A stretch of 64,000 nt of DNA from Bdellovibrionales bacterium (GCA_965203275.1 OZ241865.1:1376001-1440000); one strand, 5' to 3'. Shown: positions 41,081 to 53,161, counted from the first letter of the stretch. Numbers and translations: made by a program. Notes: generated from the sequence alone by a model not told the origin.

Positions 41081-42940
41081 TCATTCTGGATCATCAGGCC
41101 ATAGCTCCACTCTACTGATCTGCTCTCTGTATTCTTGTACCCTCCTTCTGTAATTGCTCACATCACTACTTTGTAGAGACAAGAAACCTTCATAAAAAGC
41201 TAATCTATTTCTTAATCTGATAAGGGTTTGAGATTTGTTTCTTCCTAGTACATTTGATTCTTCACAAAGTTTTTTTCTTTCTAAGCAATCTGCCTCTCCA
41301 TGATTTTGTTGTGATGTTTGATATGCTAAGTTTGAACATTCTCTATAAAGCTTGATTTCTGATCGATCAGGGCAGTTTCCATAAAGAATTGAATAAAAAT
41401 GAGCTGGATCTAACATGGAAGATTCTAAACCTAATCTAATATCTCTCGCTCTGGCATATTGATTAGCCATCACAGATGAATGTTGCACTACTCGGCAGTC
41501 ATACCTTGGTTTAAATCTATCAGGGTTTTCTTCTCTACCACCACGTGTGCTGGTCACCTCCCCATGATCATCAACGACACTTCCTATGCTTCTTTCTTCA
41601 TACTCATCATGTAAACCTAAAAGATGAAGCAGTTCATGTAGTATTGCAGGACAATCAATGTCTGCTGCATAACTTAAACTATAAGAACGACTATTTTCTG
41701 ATTGAATATTAATTTCAATGGGGGAAATGCATGCTCCCATTTCTCTCTTAAGTTCTGTTTGAGGAGAAAGGTTTTCACCGTCAATAATCCGGACAGAAAT
41801 ATTTTGTCCATCAGGACCTGTCATTCTTCCATTTTGTTGATCCATACAGCTTCTCACATGTCTCAAATAATGAGTATGGACTTCTGCTTCTGCTAAAGAA
41901 CCATCATAGTCATCTGCAGGTTTAAAAATCAAAGCTAGAGGGACTGTATAATTATCTCCATGGGGTTCTTTTTTAATAATGTAGCCAAATCTTCCATTAC
42001 GTTCAGTTGGAATTTCTCTGATTTCCCCTGGCTGAAAATCACTACATGCAGTATGTTCATTTATTGAATCTATGTCAGCAAGTAGGCTAGCAAGATTATT
42101 ATTTATAGAGCTACCTCCTGAATAACAAATATTTTTAGTCACTACTTGATTGGCATTAGATTGATTGAGTAAGTGTTGGAGTCTACTTTCAATTTGTTTA
42201 TAATCATTAAGCATCCTAGCACAGACAGGATGTTCTGGTTCTTCGGAGCAGGCTTGGGGGATTTCTATAGATGATGCTTGATGCAGAGCCTCTAAAGTTG
42301 CTGAATGCATGCAATTGTCTCCTCTGTGCTGAAGACTTTTAATCACATCATTATATTGTCTGATGGATCCAAAAAGTAAAAGATCTCTTATTGATGAACT
42401 TTTACAGTAGGAGGAGCAATATCTTTGAGATCTTTGAAGATGTATCACATTGATTTTACGGACTGTTTGAATATGTTCTAGATTATAAGTTGCAGGATAT
42501 AAGATGCGATTTGATTGTTGTTCTAGAAAAAGAACTTGTCTTTGAGATATTCTGTTCCTTACTAAGTCTCGACATCTAACTCCTCCTCTTCCTACTCGAC
42601 GATTACAAATATTTAAGAGCCTTTCTTTTATTAAGTTAAGTCCTTCATTAATAAACTCTGTATTTTCATAATGAGATTGATTAAGTAATGCCTCAGCTCG
42701 ATTCAAAAGAGAAGGCAAGTTTTCAGGAGTGACAGCCAATGCTCCTTGATCCCTTTGCTTTTCTGAAATCCCTCGTATTTTTTCAAAGCTATCTGGCCGT
42801 TCGTGTTCAGGGCCAGAAGGTGGGCTGGGCCAAGGCATGATGTTGTTTCCAGTATTTGCAAAAGAAGGATTCAGACTATACAAGGATAAATAAGTAATTA
42901 AAAATGCCTTTTGTAAAATGAATCGAGACCATATAAGCAT
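41081..42940 (-). CDS. Secreted zinc metallopeptidase-like protein
   Basis: Signal peptide ending SFA. HELLHLLGLHDEY motif. Cys-rich. Confidence 0.72.
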   Translation of the reverse strand: MLIWSRFILQKAFLITYLSLYSLNPSFANTGNNIMPWPSPPSGPEHERPDSFEKIRGISEKQRDQGALAVTPENLPSLLNRAEALLNQSHYENTEFINEGLNLIKERLLNICNRRVGRGGVRCRDLVRNRISQRQVLFLEQQSNRILYPATYNLEHIQTVRKINVIHLQRSQRYCSSYCKSSSIRDLLLFGSIRQYNDVIKSLQHRGDNCMHSATLEALHQASSIEIPQACSEEPEHPVCARMLNDYKQIESRLQHLLNQSNANQVVTKNICYSGGSSINNNLASLLADIDSINEHTACSDFQPGEIREIPTERNGRFGYIIKKEPHGDNYTVPLALIFKPADDYDGSLAEAEVHTHYLRHVRSCMDQQNGRMTGPDGQNISVRIIDGENLSPQTELKREMGACISPIEINIQSENSRSYSLSYAADIDCPAILHELLHLLGLHDEYEERSIGSVVDDHGEVTSTRGGREENPDRFKPRYDCRVVQHSSVMANQYARARDIRLGLESSMLDPAHFYSILYGNCPDRSEIKLYRECSNLAYQTSQQNHGEADCLERKKLCEESNVLGRNKSQTLIRLRNRLAFYEGFLSLQSSDVSNYRRRVQEYREQISRVELWPDDPE

Positions 42941-43254
42941 AGATTATACCCTAAGTAAATTACCGATGCATAAAATTGCATAAAATGAACAACTTTTACT
43001 CTTTTTATTCTGTTTTTTCTATGAATATGATCGGTAGAATCAAGACAAAACTTAAAAAGTTTGTTGAAAAATCCCATATTGTGCATGTATATTTTTCTGT
43101 TTTTTTCAAAGGTTTTTCAAAGGTTTTTATTCCTGCATTTAAGTTGCAAAACATCCATAATATGACTCTACTTTTGTGGAGTTTTTATAATCTTTAAACT
43201 CAAAGAATTAAGGTATAGAGCTTCCTTTCCGAAATATGTTTTAAGGAGAGAAGT

Positions 43255-43887
43255 GTGGGTTTACTATGGAGTTTATTTTTATTTGGTTCTTTGATTGGAT
43301 ATTCAGAAATCTTTGCTTCTGAAGCTGTCGTCCTTCAGATGGAGGTTTCTCATTCCCGGAACACTGATCAAACTTCTATTATTTTTAAAGATAAAAAAGT
43401 GGAACTTGTGACCAACACTTTTACTCGGAAAGACACACCTCGTTTAGGTAGATTTCAAGTTCCTTTGAGCAATAGGTTAAAATTACTCAGAAAACAAATT
43501 CAGCTTTATCGCAAACTCATAGATTCAAAAAAACCAGCTATTGATGTATCTAAGCTTTATAAGGCTATAGGTATAAGTCAAAACAAGAAAGACCCTACTG
43601 TCCATCATGCTCCAGTGGTCCGGCTGAATGGAAAGGAGGTATTAGCACAGCATCCTTATTTTCAAGCTTTGAAGAATATTTTAAGAGATATAAGTCAAGA
43701 AGAAAAATGGTCTTGTGTTGACTGTGCTGAATATCAAAGGAAGCAAAATAATATTGTCAGATGGATTAGAAAGACAGGGAAAAAGCCAGTGATTCGCACT
43801 TTCTCAAGAAAGCATCTCAATTGTTTCCCTTTAAATAAAAATCGAATAGAGTGTATAGATCCACAGTTTGGTATTTTTGAAATTTAA
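43255..43887 (+). CDS. Hypothetical secreted protein
   Basis: RBS aaggag, GTG start and signal peptide ending IFA. Confidence 0.65.
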   Translation: MGLLWSLFLFGSLIGYSEIFASEAVVLQMEVSHSRNTDQTSIIFKDKKVELVTNTFTRKDTPRLGRFQVPLSNRLKLLRKQIQLYRKLIDSKKPAIDVSKLYKAIGISQNKKDPTVHHAPVVRLNGKEVLAQHPYFQALKNILRDISQEEKWSCVDCAEYQRKQNNIVRWIRKTGKKPVIRTFSRKHLNCFPLNKNRIECIDPQFGIFEI

Positions 43888-44242
43888 TGGTTTTATCCTT
43901 CTCTTTAAAAAAATCAATTTTTATTGATTGATATTTGTTTACCATAAGCCTTATAAGCTATTGATGAGCTGTCTGATTGTATCATTATTGCTTCTGAAAA
44001 CATTCTATAGCTAGTATATTCATATCAAATATCAGCAAAACAATTAAGACATCACAAATTTTATTTTAATAGATTTTAACCATGTTACAACGCTTTCCAT
44101 TGGGGTGATATAAAATCTATAGGAATTCATTTTTGTAAACCATTGAAATTTATCAACTTTATGCTTTATGCCATTAAATTTAAAAATAAATGCTTGAAAT
44201 AGTGTATAAATTTTGTTAAAGTAAAGGGAAAAGGAGGCAAAT

Positions 44243-45028
44243 ATGTCTGAACCAGCCATTAAATATCCAGAAAACTTAGTAGAAAAGGGATTTACACATG
44301 AACAAGCTCTCTCTCTTGTGAGCTATTTTGGTTATTTATCTCAAAAAATCTTTGCCAGTAAAACTGATGTGGAACTGATCAGGCAAGAAACAGCTTTTAT
44401 TAAAGAACAAGGTGAAATCCAAAAAGCGACTATACTTAGAGAGACAGAAGCTATTAAAAATGGAACAAAACTGCAAAAAGAAGAAATGACTCAAAAAATG
44501 GAATTGCAGAAAGTAGAATTATTAAAAAGGATGGATATACAAAAGGAGGAATTACTAAAAAAAATAGAAGTACAGAAAGTGGAATTATTGAAAAAGATGG
44601 ATGTGCAAGGGGAAGCTCTGCATAGAAAGATAGATGTGCAGAAAGAAGAACTGTTAAAAAGAATGGATATACAGAAAGTAGAATTGTTAAAAAGAATGGA
44701 CTTGCAGAAAGAAGAATTATTGAGAAAAATAGATGCACAGAAAGAAGAATTATTGAGAAAAATGGATGTGCAGAAAGAAGAGATATTTAAAGAAATGGCA
44801 TTGATTCGCAGTGAAATGGAAAAACAAAAAGCAGAGATACTTAAAGAAATAGCATTGCATCGCAGTGAGACAGATTTACAAATAGCAGAAATAAAAAAAG
44901 AAATAGCAATAATCAAAAAAGAAATAGTATTGCAACGAGAACAGATCATCAATACTGTATATAAAATGGGATTTGCTATGACAACTATTATAATTACTGT
45001 TTTAGGATTGATTATTAAATTTGGTTAG
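44243..45028 (+). CDS. Coiled-coil protein with 11-aa repeats and C-terminal TM (DUF1640/CCDC90/Bdr-like architecture)
   Basis: LVEKGFTHEQA...FASKTDVE, (K/R)MD(V/I)QKEELL repeats and a hydrophobic C-terminus. Confidence 0.7.
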   Translation: MSEPAIKYPENLVEKGFTHEQALSLVSYFGYLSQKIFASKTDVELIRQETAFIKEQGEIQKATILRETEAIKNGTKLQKEEMTQKMELQKVELLKRMDIQKEELLKKIEVQKVELLKKMDVQGEALHRKIDVQKEELLKRMDIQKVELLKRMDLQKEELLRKIDAQKEELLRKMDVQKEEIFKEMALIRSEMEKQKAEILKEIALHRSETDLQIAEIKKEIAIIKKEIVLQREQIINTVYKMGFAMTTIIITVLGLIIKFG

Positions 45029-46124
45029 TTTGCACTAGGTAAGGATTTTGGTAAAAATGGTTGAGGGGTTTTATTTTCTCAATACAATCTATAGCTAATT
45101 GATGAGCTGCTTTATGGGTTGTGACATTCTGCTCCCGAGAAACCTGAAAAATATGAATTAAATTATTATAAATTTTTTGAGAATACATCTTTTGTTTGCT
45201 CTGCATATCTTGTAGAGAATGTTTTTCAAATTCTGAAAACACAGAAATCAATCCCCCTGCATTGATGACAAAGTCAGGAGCATATAAGATGCCTTTTTCA
45301 TGTAGGATTTGCCCATGCCTTTCTTCCACAAGCTGATTATTAGCTCCACCTGCAATGATCTTGGCTTTGATCTGTGGTATTGTCTTGTCATCAAAAAGCC
45401 CTCCTAATGCACAAGGAGCTAAAACATCGCATTTTGTAAAGAGGATACTTTTAGGATCCACTACTTTGGCATTTGTTTCTTGTGCTACCTGATCCACAAG
45501 AGACGAATTAATATCTGATATAATTAATTCTGCACCACTTTTATAAAGGTGAGTGGCTAAATAAGAACCTACATGCCCTACACCTTGAATAGCTACAGTG
45601 ATTCCATCAAGATGGCTGATCTGGTATTGATGTTTAAGAGCAGCTTTGATACCCATGAGTACACCATGGGCTGTGTAAGGGCTTGGATCACCTGATCCAC
45701 CTAGCTCTTGAGCAGTTCCAGCAACCCAGGGGGTTTCTCTATGGATGTATTTCATATCTTCTACACATGTTCCTACATCTTCTGCTGCGATATAACGTCC
45801 ATTCAAAGAGTGAATGTATTGGCCAAAGGCACGAAATAAAGCTTCAGATTTTATTTTTTGAGGATCACCAATGATGACAGATTTACCTCCACCTAACTTT
45901 AATCCTGATACAGCTGCTTTGTAAGTCATACATTTTGAAAGACGTAGCACATCAATAAGAGCTTGTTCATCAGAAGCGTAGGGCCATATACGTATCCCAC
46001 CTAAAGCTGGGCCTAAGATTGTACTATGAATAGCTATGATAGCCTTAAGATTCACCTTTTTGTTGTGACAAAAGATAACCTGTTCATGTTCTCCTTGTTG
46101 CTCAATCACTTGAAAGATACTCAA
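45015..46124 (-). CDS. Glu/Leu/Phe/Val dehydrogenase (leucine dehydrogenase-like)
   Basis: GPALGGIR, GGGKSVI, AEDVGT, QGVGHVG and GGANNQL. Confidence 0.92.
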   Translation of the reverse strand: MSIFQVIEQQGEHEQVIFCHNKKVNLKAIIAIHSTILGPALGGIRIWPYASDEQALIDVLRLSKCMTYKAAVSGLKLGGGKSVIIGDPQKIKSEALFRAFGQYIHSLNGRYIAAEDVGTCVEDMKYIHRETPWVAGTAQELGGSGDPSPYTAHGVLMGIKAALKHQYQISHLDGITVAIQGVGHVGSYLATHLYKSGAELIISDINSSLVDQVAQETNAKVVDPKSILFTKCDVLAPCALGGLFDDKTIPQIKAKIIAGGANNQLVEERHGQILHEKGILYAPDFVINAGGLISVFSEFEKHSLQDMQSKQKMYSQKIYNNLIHIFQVSREQNVTTHKAAHQLAIDCIEKIKPLNHFYQNPYLVQTNQI

Positions 46125-46356
46125 ATGAAACCTCCTTATTAGAGTTTATTACATTTACAATAATTATTTAATTAAGTCAAATGAATCTCACAATATGTAC
46201 TTATTTTTTATTGTATCGGGCAAATTTTAGATAAATTCGAGTAAATCCAGATAAATTCGGATAAATAAAAACTAGATATTAAAACTTATTTGTTAAAATA
46301 TTTGACCAAAAGTCAGACAACAGAAATAATAGAAAAAGATGCCCTTCTTATAATCC

Positions 46357-47430
46357 TTGAAAAGGATATGTGTGTATGAGAACATAAAAGCTCAAAAGGA
46401 TATCATTATGGATCACCAATTAAATATTCCTTTACCTAATGAGTTGCCACCTCCATTGACGAGAGAATCTTTGAATAAAGAAAATGTCTCTCAAGCTATT
46501 GATATGGCAGTCATCCAAAATACAGATCTTATGAATAGGCTATCTTTAGCTTTAAAGCGTACGGCTCATCTTGAATCCAGGCTGAAATTTTCTGAGAGAA
46601 ATAATAATCAAAGGAAAGAAAAGCTCACTGTCTTAGATGACGAAATACATGTTTTACGTTCAAGTCAAAATCAAATGCAAACTCAGATGCAAGGTTTATT
46701 TACAAAACTCAATCAATCAGAAAAGAAATATACAGATATTTATCAACAATATTTAGAAAAAGAACAACAACTTCAAGCTTATCAAAAGCAAATAGAACAT
46801 TTTAGAGATGTTGCACAAAATAGTCATGTACAATCTCAAAAGGATTTAATTTCTCTTGTAGATTACCATGAGAAAAGATACGCCACTGTTGAAAGAGAAT
46901 GCAAAAATTTAAAAAAGCAATTAGAGTTTCAAACACAAAAAATAAAACATTTAGAATCTGAAAAACTCGAGGCAAAGAAGCAAATAGCTCAAGCTCAACA
47001 TCAAATAACATCGTTTGAAAAAAAGCTTCAAGTTTTTCAAAAAGAATCAGATCAAAATTTAAAACAAATGTATAATTCTTTAGAACGAGATCAAAAACAA
47101 ATCCAAAATAAAGATATACAAATTGTTCAGCTAGAGGCTAAAGTCACTCATTTCAAGAAGCTTCAAGAGGAATATAAAAATATTCAAGAAGTACGAGATC
47201 AGTTAAAAATCAGCCTGCAATCTAAAGATATTGAGTTAAAAAACATGAAAGAAAGATTAACACAATCTAAGAAAAGTCAAACAACTATAGCAGCAAACAA
47301 TAAAGTCCTCAGCGATCAAGTTAAGGAACTTAAACAATTGTTAGAGATCAAAGGGCAGGGACAAGGGGATGAAAAAAAGCAATCTATTCAAAAGCAACTA
47401 AAAATTATTGAAAAGCTACTTGCCAGATAA
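46357..47430 (+). CDS. Long coiled-coil hypothetical protein
   Basis: Q/K/E-rich heptad pattern throughout. Confidence 0.7.
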   Translation: MKRICVYENIKAQKDIIMDHQLNIPLPNELPPPLTRESLNKENVSQAIDMAVIQNTDLMNRLSLALKRTAHLESRLKFSERNNNQRKEKLTVLDDEIHVLRSSQNQMQTQMQGLFTKLNQSEKKYTDIYQQYLEKEQQLQAYQKQIEHFRDVAQNSHVQSQKDLISLVDYHEKRYATVERECKNLKKQLEFQTQKIKHLESEKLEAKKQIAQAQHQITSFEKKLQVFQKESDQNLKQMYNSLERDQKQIQNKDIQIVQLEAKVTHFKKLQEEYKNIQEVRDQLKISLQSKDIELKNMKERLTQSKKSQTTIAANNKVLSDQVKELKQLLEIKGQGQGDEKKQSIQKQLKIIEKLLAR

Positions 47431-47489
47431 TCTTTATATCCTTCTAACATTTATCTTAAATTCGATAAGTTAATAGATGAAAAATGTGG

Positions 47490-49919
47490 CTACATCACAA
47501 GTTGTGATAAGGCTTGATCTGCACTGATCATACTTTCTCTCATCTTTGTAGACATATACACAGCTTCTTTGATTGGTTTTCCGATAGAATCTTGTACTTT
47601 TTTAGATGGAAGGATAATTTTAATTTTCTTTACATCAGATGAACGAATACTTTTAAGAATAGAACCACTAGATATTCTCTCTAATTGTATCTGACCATAT
47701 TTTGAATTGAGGAAAGAAACTAAATAATAAGGATTAATACCTTCTTTAACTTTGATTTTAATAAGAAAACCAGAAGCTATACCATCTACAAGGTCTGGTG
47801 GAATATTGGTAGCTATTCCAGAATTTCCTGCTCTTGTTATAAGTATTGTGTCTTCATCTACTTTGTTTTTAATGACTTCTTTATTTACTTCTAAGGATTT
47901 CTTTATATATTTTAAATTTTCAAAATTAATGCCTTCCTTTGTAATACTTTTCACTAAAATATAGGGAAGCCCTTCTTCTTTTTCAACATAAATAGACGAA
48001 TCGTCAATATTAGCTCCATTATGTATAGAGTCTATAATTTCTTCAAAATCAATCACAGGATATTTTGATTGATAAATGTTTTCCAGGTGATTTATATATT
48101 TCTTTAAATATCTTTTTGCAATAAAATTGTTCTCTAATAAAGAAGCCTTAATAAAAAAATTGTTTTTGTCTATTTGATTATTTTTGTAAAAATTTTCAAC
48201 ACAAGGTAATTGGTCTTTTTCAATAGGTCTTCCTTTTTTATCATGTCCGCAATATTTATTAATGGAAATAAAAATATTTTTATTATGACAGTTGCCTTTT
48301 TGAATAAATAAAACACTTGTGTTGATTGTTACATGAGGGCTAAAGGTTTCAAATGGCAATTCAACAATTGCAAATAAATGACCTTGTTCTAATATGTGTT
48401 GTCTTAAATAAGACTCTTTTTCATTACCTAAGATGCCATTTGGAAGAACGATAGCCATTCTTCCTCCTTCTTTGAGAAGCGATAAGCACTTTTCTATAAA
48501 TAAAACTTGTGGCTCCTCTTTTATTTTTAATTTCTCAGTTTTGATCCATTTTTTATTATCCTTATCAAACTTCCACTTATAACCAAATTGAAATTGTTTT
48601 AATTTACTTTCTCCATAAACAGGAATTCTAGATCCAAATGGTGGATTAGTCAGTAGAATGTCAAAATGGCCTTCTTTGATTTTCTCATTTGTGAGTGATT
48701 TCCAATTCCTTTTGTCTTCCAAACTATCATCACAAACAATGCCACTAGCACCATCACCTATTAAGGTCATATAAACCTTTGTGACCTTAGATAAAAAATA
48801 ATCTTTATCTATACCTCTAAATTTTTCTGTTGCAATTTTTTGTTTTTCTCTATCTATCTCAATCTGAGGCCAATTATATTCTTTGCCTTTTTGATCAATC
48901 TTTTTCCAAATATATCTTAATGTTTCAATGAGAAATCCACCGCTACCACAAGCAGGATCAATAACCATATCTTTATCATTAGGATCTAAAATATGAACCA
49001 TCATTTTAATGACATTTCTAGGAGTAAAAAACTGTCCTTGTCCACCTTTTAAAGCATGACCAATAAATGTTTCAAAAGCATCAGCAATAATATCTCTTTC
49101 TGCTTCTATCAGGCAATAGTTTTGTAACTCTCCTACAACATAAGCAATAGAATTTTCATCTAAAATAATTTCATCTGTTTTGTCTAATACCTCGCGATAT
49201 GAATCTTTTACTTTCTTAAAAATATTTAATATTCTTGTTTTTACATCTTTAGGTTTTTCATTAACTCCAGCTCTAAAAGAAACTATATCATTTTGTTTTG
49301 TAAATTTTTCATCATAGATTTTACAAAAAATAATATTAATCAATTGTTGAGCTAACACTTCGTCTCTGGTTACCCCAACAGTATTAGCAGCTAAATAATT
49401 TCTCATAGCTTTAAAAGTAGCTCTTAGATTATGAGTTGGTTTAAGGTCTTTTCTCTTAAACATCCCTATATCTTCAAGCCTTTGTCCGTATTTTGGGATA
49501 TTGGGGATTTCTTCAAATATAACCTTCCCATGTTTTTCTATCTTTCTTAAGAAAAGCCTTTCATTACCATTAAACCAAACTCCTAAATATGCTCTTGATA
49601 ATCTAAGATAATCTTCTAATTGAGACTTGCCGTCTTTTTTGTTTTTTCGTTTACATTCAACAATAATCTTTATATCTTGTTCTTTCTTTTTATTATTTGC
49701 AAAAATAGCAATATCTACAGGATATTCTTTTTTTGTATCAGAAGGTTTGGATTTGACTCTAAACTGAGGTTTTGTTTGGATGTGCTTTTTGGGATAATGA
49801 TAATCTTCAACCAACTGTTTAGAAAAGGGTTGTACAGCATCAATTTCTTCAGGGGTTGCTTTGATTTTCCGACCTGAAATAAAATCTATAATATGTCTTT
49901 GTGTTTTTGATTGTACCAT
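47490..49919 (-). CDS. Fused restriction-modification protein: HsdR_N-like nuclease + N6-adenine MTase + single TRD
   Basis: VDIAIF...IIVECK...QLEDY, GQFFTPR, DPACGSGGFL, NPPF and a C-terminal HsdS-like region (NPYYLVSFLNS). Confidence 0.85.
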   Translation of the reverse strand: MVQSKTQRHIIDFISGRKIKATPEEIDAVQPFSKQLVEDYHYPKKHIQTKPQFRVKSKPSDTKKEYPVDIAIFANNKKKEQDIKIIVECKRKNKKDGKSQLEDYLRLSRAYLGVWFNGNERLFLRKIEKHGKVIFEEIPNIPKYGQRLEDIGMFKRKDLKPTHNLRATFKAMRNYLAANTVGVTRDEVLAQQLINIIFCKIYDEKFTKQNDIVSFRAGVNEKPKDVKTRILNIFKKVKDSYREVLDKTDEIILDENSIAYVVGELQNYCLIEAERDIIADAFETFIGHALKGGQGQFFTPRNVIKMMVHILDPNDKDMVIDPACGSGGFLIETLRYIWKKIDQKGKEYNWPQIEIDREKQKIATEKFRGIDKDYFLSKVTKVYMTLIGDGASGIVCDDSLEDKRNWKSLTNEKIKEGHFDILLTNPPFGSRIPVYGESKLKQFQFGYKWKFDKDNKKWIKTEKLKIKEEPQVLFIEKCLSLLKEGGRMAIVLPNGILGNEKESYLRQHILEQGHLFAIVELPFETFSPHVTINTSVLFIQKGNCHNKNIFISINKYCGHDKKGRPIEKDQLPCVENFYKNNQIDKNNFFIKASLLENNFIAKRYLKKYINHLENIYQSKYPVIDFEEIIDSIHNGANIDDSSIYVEKEEGLPYILVKSITKEGINFENLKYIKKSLEVNKEVIKNKVDEDTILITRAGNSGIATNIPPDLVDGIASGFLIKIKVKEGINPYYLVSFLNSKYGQIQLERISSGSILKSIRSSDVKKIKIILPSKKVQDSIGKPIKEAVYMSTKMRESMISADQALSQLVM

Positions 49920-49979
49920 AGCCTACTCCTTGATCTGTTTGATCAACCCAAATTTTTGATTTTTTTAGCAACACGTTTT

Positions 49980-50609
49980 TCATAAGATTTCATAAGAGTA
50001 AGGGCCTATACAAAAGCTGTTATTTTCGTTTTTATTAAACAAGGTCGTGGGTTTATTAGATTCTTTTTCATTCAATAAATAAACAATTTCCTTAGTTGTA
50101 TGATCTACTAATCTTTCAAATGCAATATTAAGATGGGGCAGAAAATCATTCATGCTACTACAACGAAACATACCATTTTCCTTGTTCCATGTTGTAAAAC
50201 AAACTAAACTGCCTGTAGAATTACAAAGAACTAAAACGCCCTTTCCTTTTTGAGGATTGCAATTAATAGCTATCTCTTGATCTTCTGTAGGATATATATC
50301 GTATGCATATTGTGGAAATTTATTGTAAATAAAATCTAAAACTTTTTTTGCATTCCCTCTTGCTACTTCAGAGAACTTTTCAAATTCTTCTTCCTCACAT
50401 TCCTTGTCTATTTCATGGTCTAAAATATCATGTAACTTTTCTTCTTCTTGCTTGCTATATGGTAAAGAAGTTTTTGTTGAAGAACTTGAAACACTATAAT
50501 AAACGTACTTATTAAAATAAATAGGTTTTCTTTCATTCCGTCGAATACTTTTTATTAACATTTCTAAAATATTAAAAATCATATAACTTTGACTCATAAA
50601 AACCTCCAA
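49980..50609 (-). CDS. Hypothetical protein upstream of the RM gene
   Basis: 209-aa ORF co-oriented with the RM gene. No recognised motif. Confidence 0.55.
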   Translation of the reverse strand: MEVFMSQSYMIFNILEMLIKSIRRNERKPIYFNKYVYYSVSSSSTKTSLPYSKQEEEKLHDILDHEIDKECEEEEFEKFSEVARGNAKKVLDFIYNKFPQYAYDIYPTEDQEIAINCNPQKGKGVLVLCNSTGSLVCFTTWNKENGMFRCSSMNDFLPHLNIAFERLVDHTTKEIVYLLNEKESNKPTTLFNKNENNSFCIGPYSYEIL

Positions 50610-50955
50610 TAATTTTCTTGAATTTTCATAATTTGCTTTTATTTTTTGAAATAGTCTTATACTTTACACTTTCTTCAATAAATATACAAGACTTTTTTGC
50701 TTTTAACTACTTAAATTTCTGCCGTCCATTGTTTTATAATACATAACCTTAAAAATAAGTGCTTTTCAGAAATTTATAGCAATAAAGTGTCTCATTATGG
50801 ATCACAAAATAGATCACAAACAGATTTTTTATCTGATTTTTAAATAAAAAGTTTTATTATTTTAAAACTTCTGACGATAACAATTATAGGTTTAAATAAC
50901 TTAGTAAATAGAATTTATAAAAAATAATCCATATTTCAAACAAGGAGGAAGTCTT

Positions 50956-53161
50956 ATGTACACTATAAACAAACTCAACATTTCAGCAAAAAATGCGGGG
51001 GGGGGGGGCAGTGCGTCAAAATATATTAATAGCCCTACTTCTGTCTTGTTTGCAGGTGTTTTTAGAACCTGTGGAAGTCTTTGCTCAATCTGATGCCACT
51101 GCCTCTCGTGTAAAACCATCTAAAGTTACAAATACCAGAGTTAGTAATTCCCGATCTAGTAGATCAAGGGTTCAACGTTCAAGAGCTTCAAATGCCAGGG
51201 CTGGACAACGCACTTCTTCTAGAGCAAGAAAAGAAAATAGAGTGAAAAAACAAAACAAGAGAGTATCTTTTGCGACTTACTGGAAGCAATTACCTGTCAG
51301 AAAAAAAATCAAATTATATCATGCTATGGTGAAGACGATGGCAGCTTTAGAGTTATCTCATCATCAACGTCCTAAGCGTTCTACAAAAACATCCTCCCTC
51401 TATCCATTTTGGCAATTATTTATAGCACAAGCTTATGCTCAAGACTCACCTGACAATGTGTGTTTTTTTGGAGGGCATGTTTTACGTCAGTGTGATTTTG
51501 ACAGAGCAAGAAATGACGAGAGTAAAAAATGTAGTTTAGGTGATCAAGCAGGTGTTCGGTGTAACCGTAGTATATTCCCTACAGCCCCTTGTGTTTATGA
51601 TTGGAATGAAGCAAGAAGACGCGGAACAAGAAACTATAACACCACTCAAGCTTGCTCTTATGCTGATGCCCAATTGATAGCACAGCAATTAGAAAGCGAT
51701 GGCCCTTCTCGCTTTACTGCAATCACTCCAGATCAGAAAAAAGCAGTCGTTGACGGACAAATGAATAATGTAGATTTATGGGATTCAGATGACCCTGAGG
51801 AATGGATTGAAAAAAGAAATGCACTCATTGAGGAAACTCTAGGTGGAGAAGGTGATGCAATCACTCGATACAACGCAGCTCTTTTAAATGAGACAGATGA
51901 TCGAATTATAGGTGATTTTTTTCAAGCAACTACAGCAGCATGTACGACGAATGCTTCACAAAAACCTGCTGAGAAAAAGTACTGCACTGTATTTCTAAAT
52001 GATGTAGAAGAATTATCAAACGCAACACAACTAGGGGTTCAAATGCATGACGGAGTTGAAGTTTATGACGGTGAAGGTGAGTCCCGTGAACGTAGGCTTT
52101 GTTTTAAATTTCAGGAATTACCTGGAGAGCATTTTTGTCAAGTCAAAACTGGTGATAATAAATATCTTGTTGTACGACTGCTACTTCAATATCCTCCTTA
52201 TTCATACGCTGATGCAAGATTAGGAGCTGAAGTTTATCAAAGTAATAGTCCAGAAGGAAGCTATTGTTTCAGTTCTAATTTCAGTGCCGATGACGAATAT
52301 GGTCTGACTAATTTTTCCAATCCTAATGATTTAGCAGGAGAACAGGGAATTGCATGTAATATTCGTGGTAAGAGCCACATTGCAACTTTTAGCCATCAAA
52401 GTCAACAGATTGCAATACAAAAAGAACTTGGCCCAAGCAATCGTTGTTTATTCAAGAACCCCCGAAGGGGTGACAACCAACGGGCAGAAGCACGAGGAGT
52501 TATTCCAAATTTAGGAGATAATGAAACGACTACTTTCTTCCCAGGAATAGCAAGTGATGATAGTTTTTATGATGAAGCATTAGAAAGAAATCAGCAGGGT
52601 ATGACATCGAATGGGACTATGAATGATCGCAAGTGCATGGAAACAAGTTATGTAGCTCTCTATGAAGCAAGTCATCTCTTTGAATCAGCATGCAAGAGAG
52701 CTATTCCTTATAGAGCTACTCGTCGTCGTTTATATGTACATCAAGGAGCAAAGGAAATTGATTATAACACAGCATTCGTACTCAATCAAGCAGATTATAA
52801 AAGTTTTGACAGACTATCGATTGATAGTAATCGTGGAACAGAACTAACTTCTAAACCAATAGATCCTATAATGAGGAATTGGTGTGGTCCTGGTCGTCAT
52901 ATAGCTGGTTATGGTGTTCCAGAAAACTGCATACAAAATAAATATCGAACCAGTACAGATTATTGGTATGGTGATGGAAATGGACCTAATGCCAATAACA
53001 TGGAGCCTTCAAACGGCAACTGGCGGACAGGGCTAATAAGCGAACTCCGACATTGTGGAGGTGCTACTCCTTCAAGAACTTCCACGCCTGCTGGGCCTAG
53101 AGGCCCTCAAGGGCCTCCTGGACAGATGAGGCGACCTAGAGGTAGTAGCGGTGTTCAGTAA
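50956..53161 (+). CDS. Secreted Cys-containing family protein, copy 2 (G12 tract)
   Basis: RBS-preceded ATG 50956 is out of frame across G12 (50997-51008). In-frame alternative starts are ATG 50993 and GTG 51011. Confidence 0.72.
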
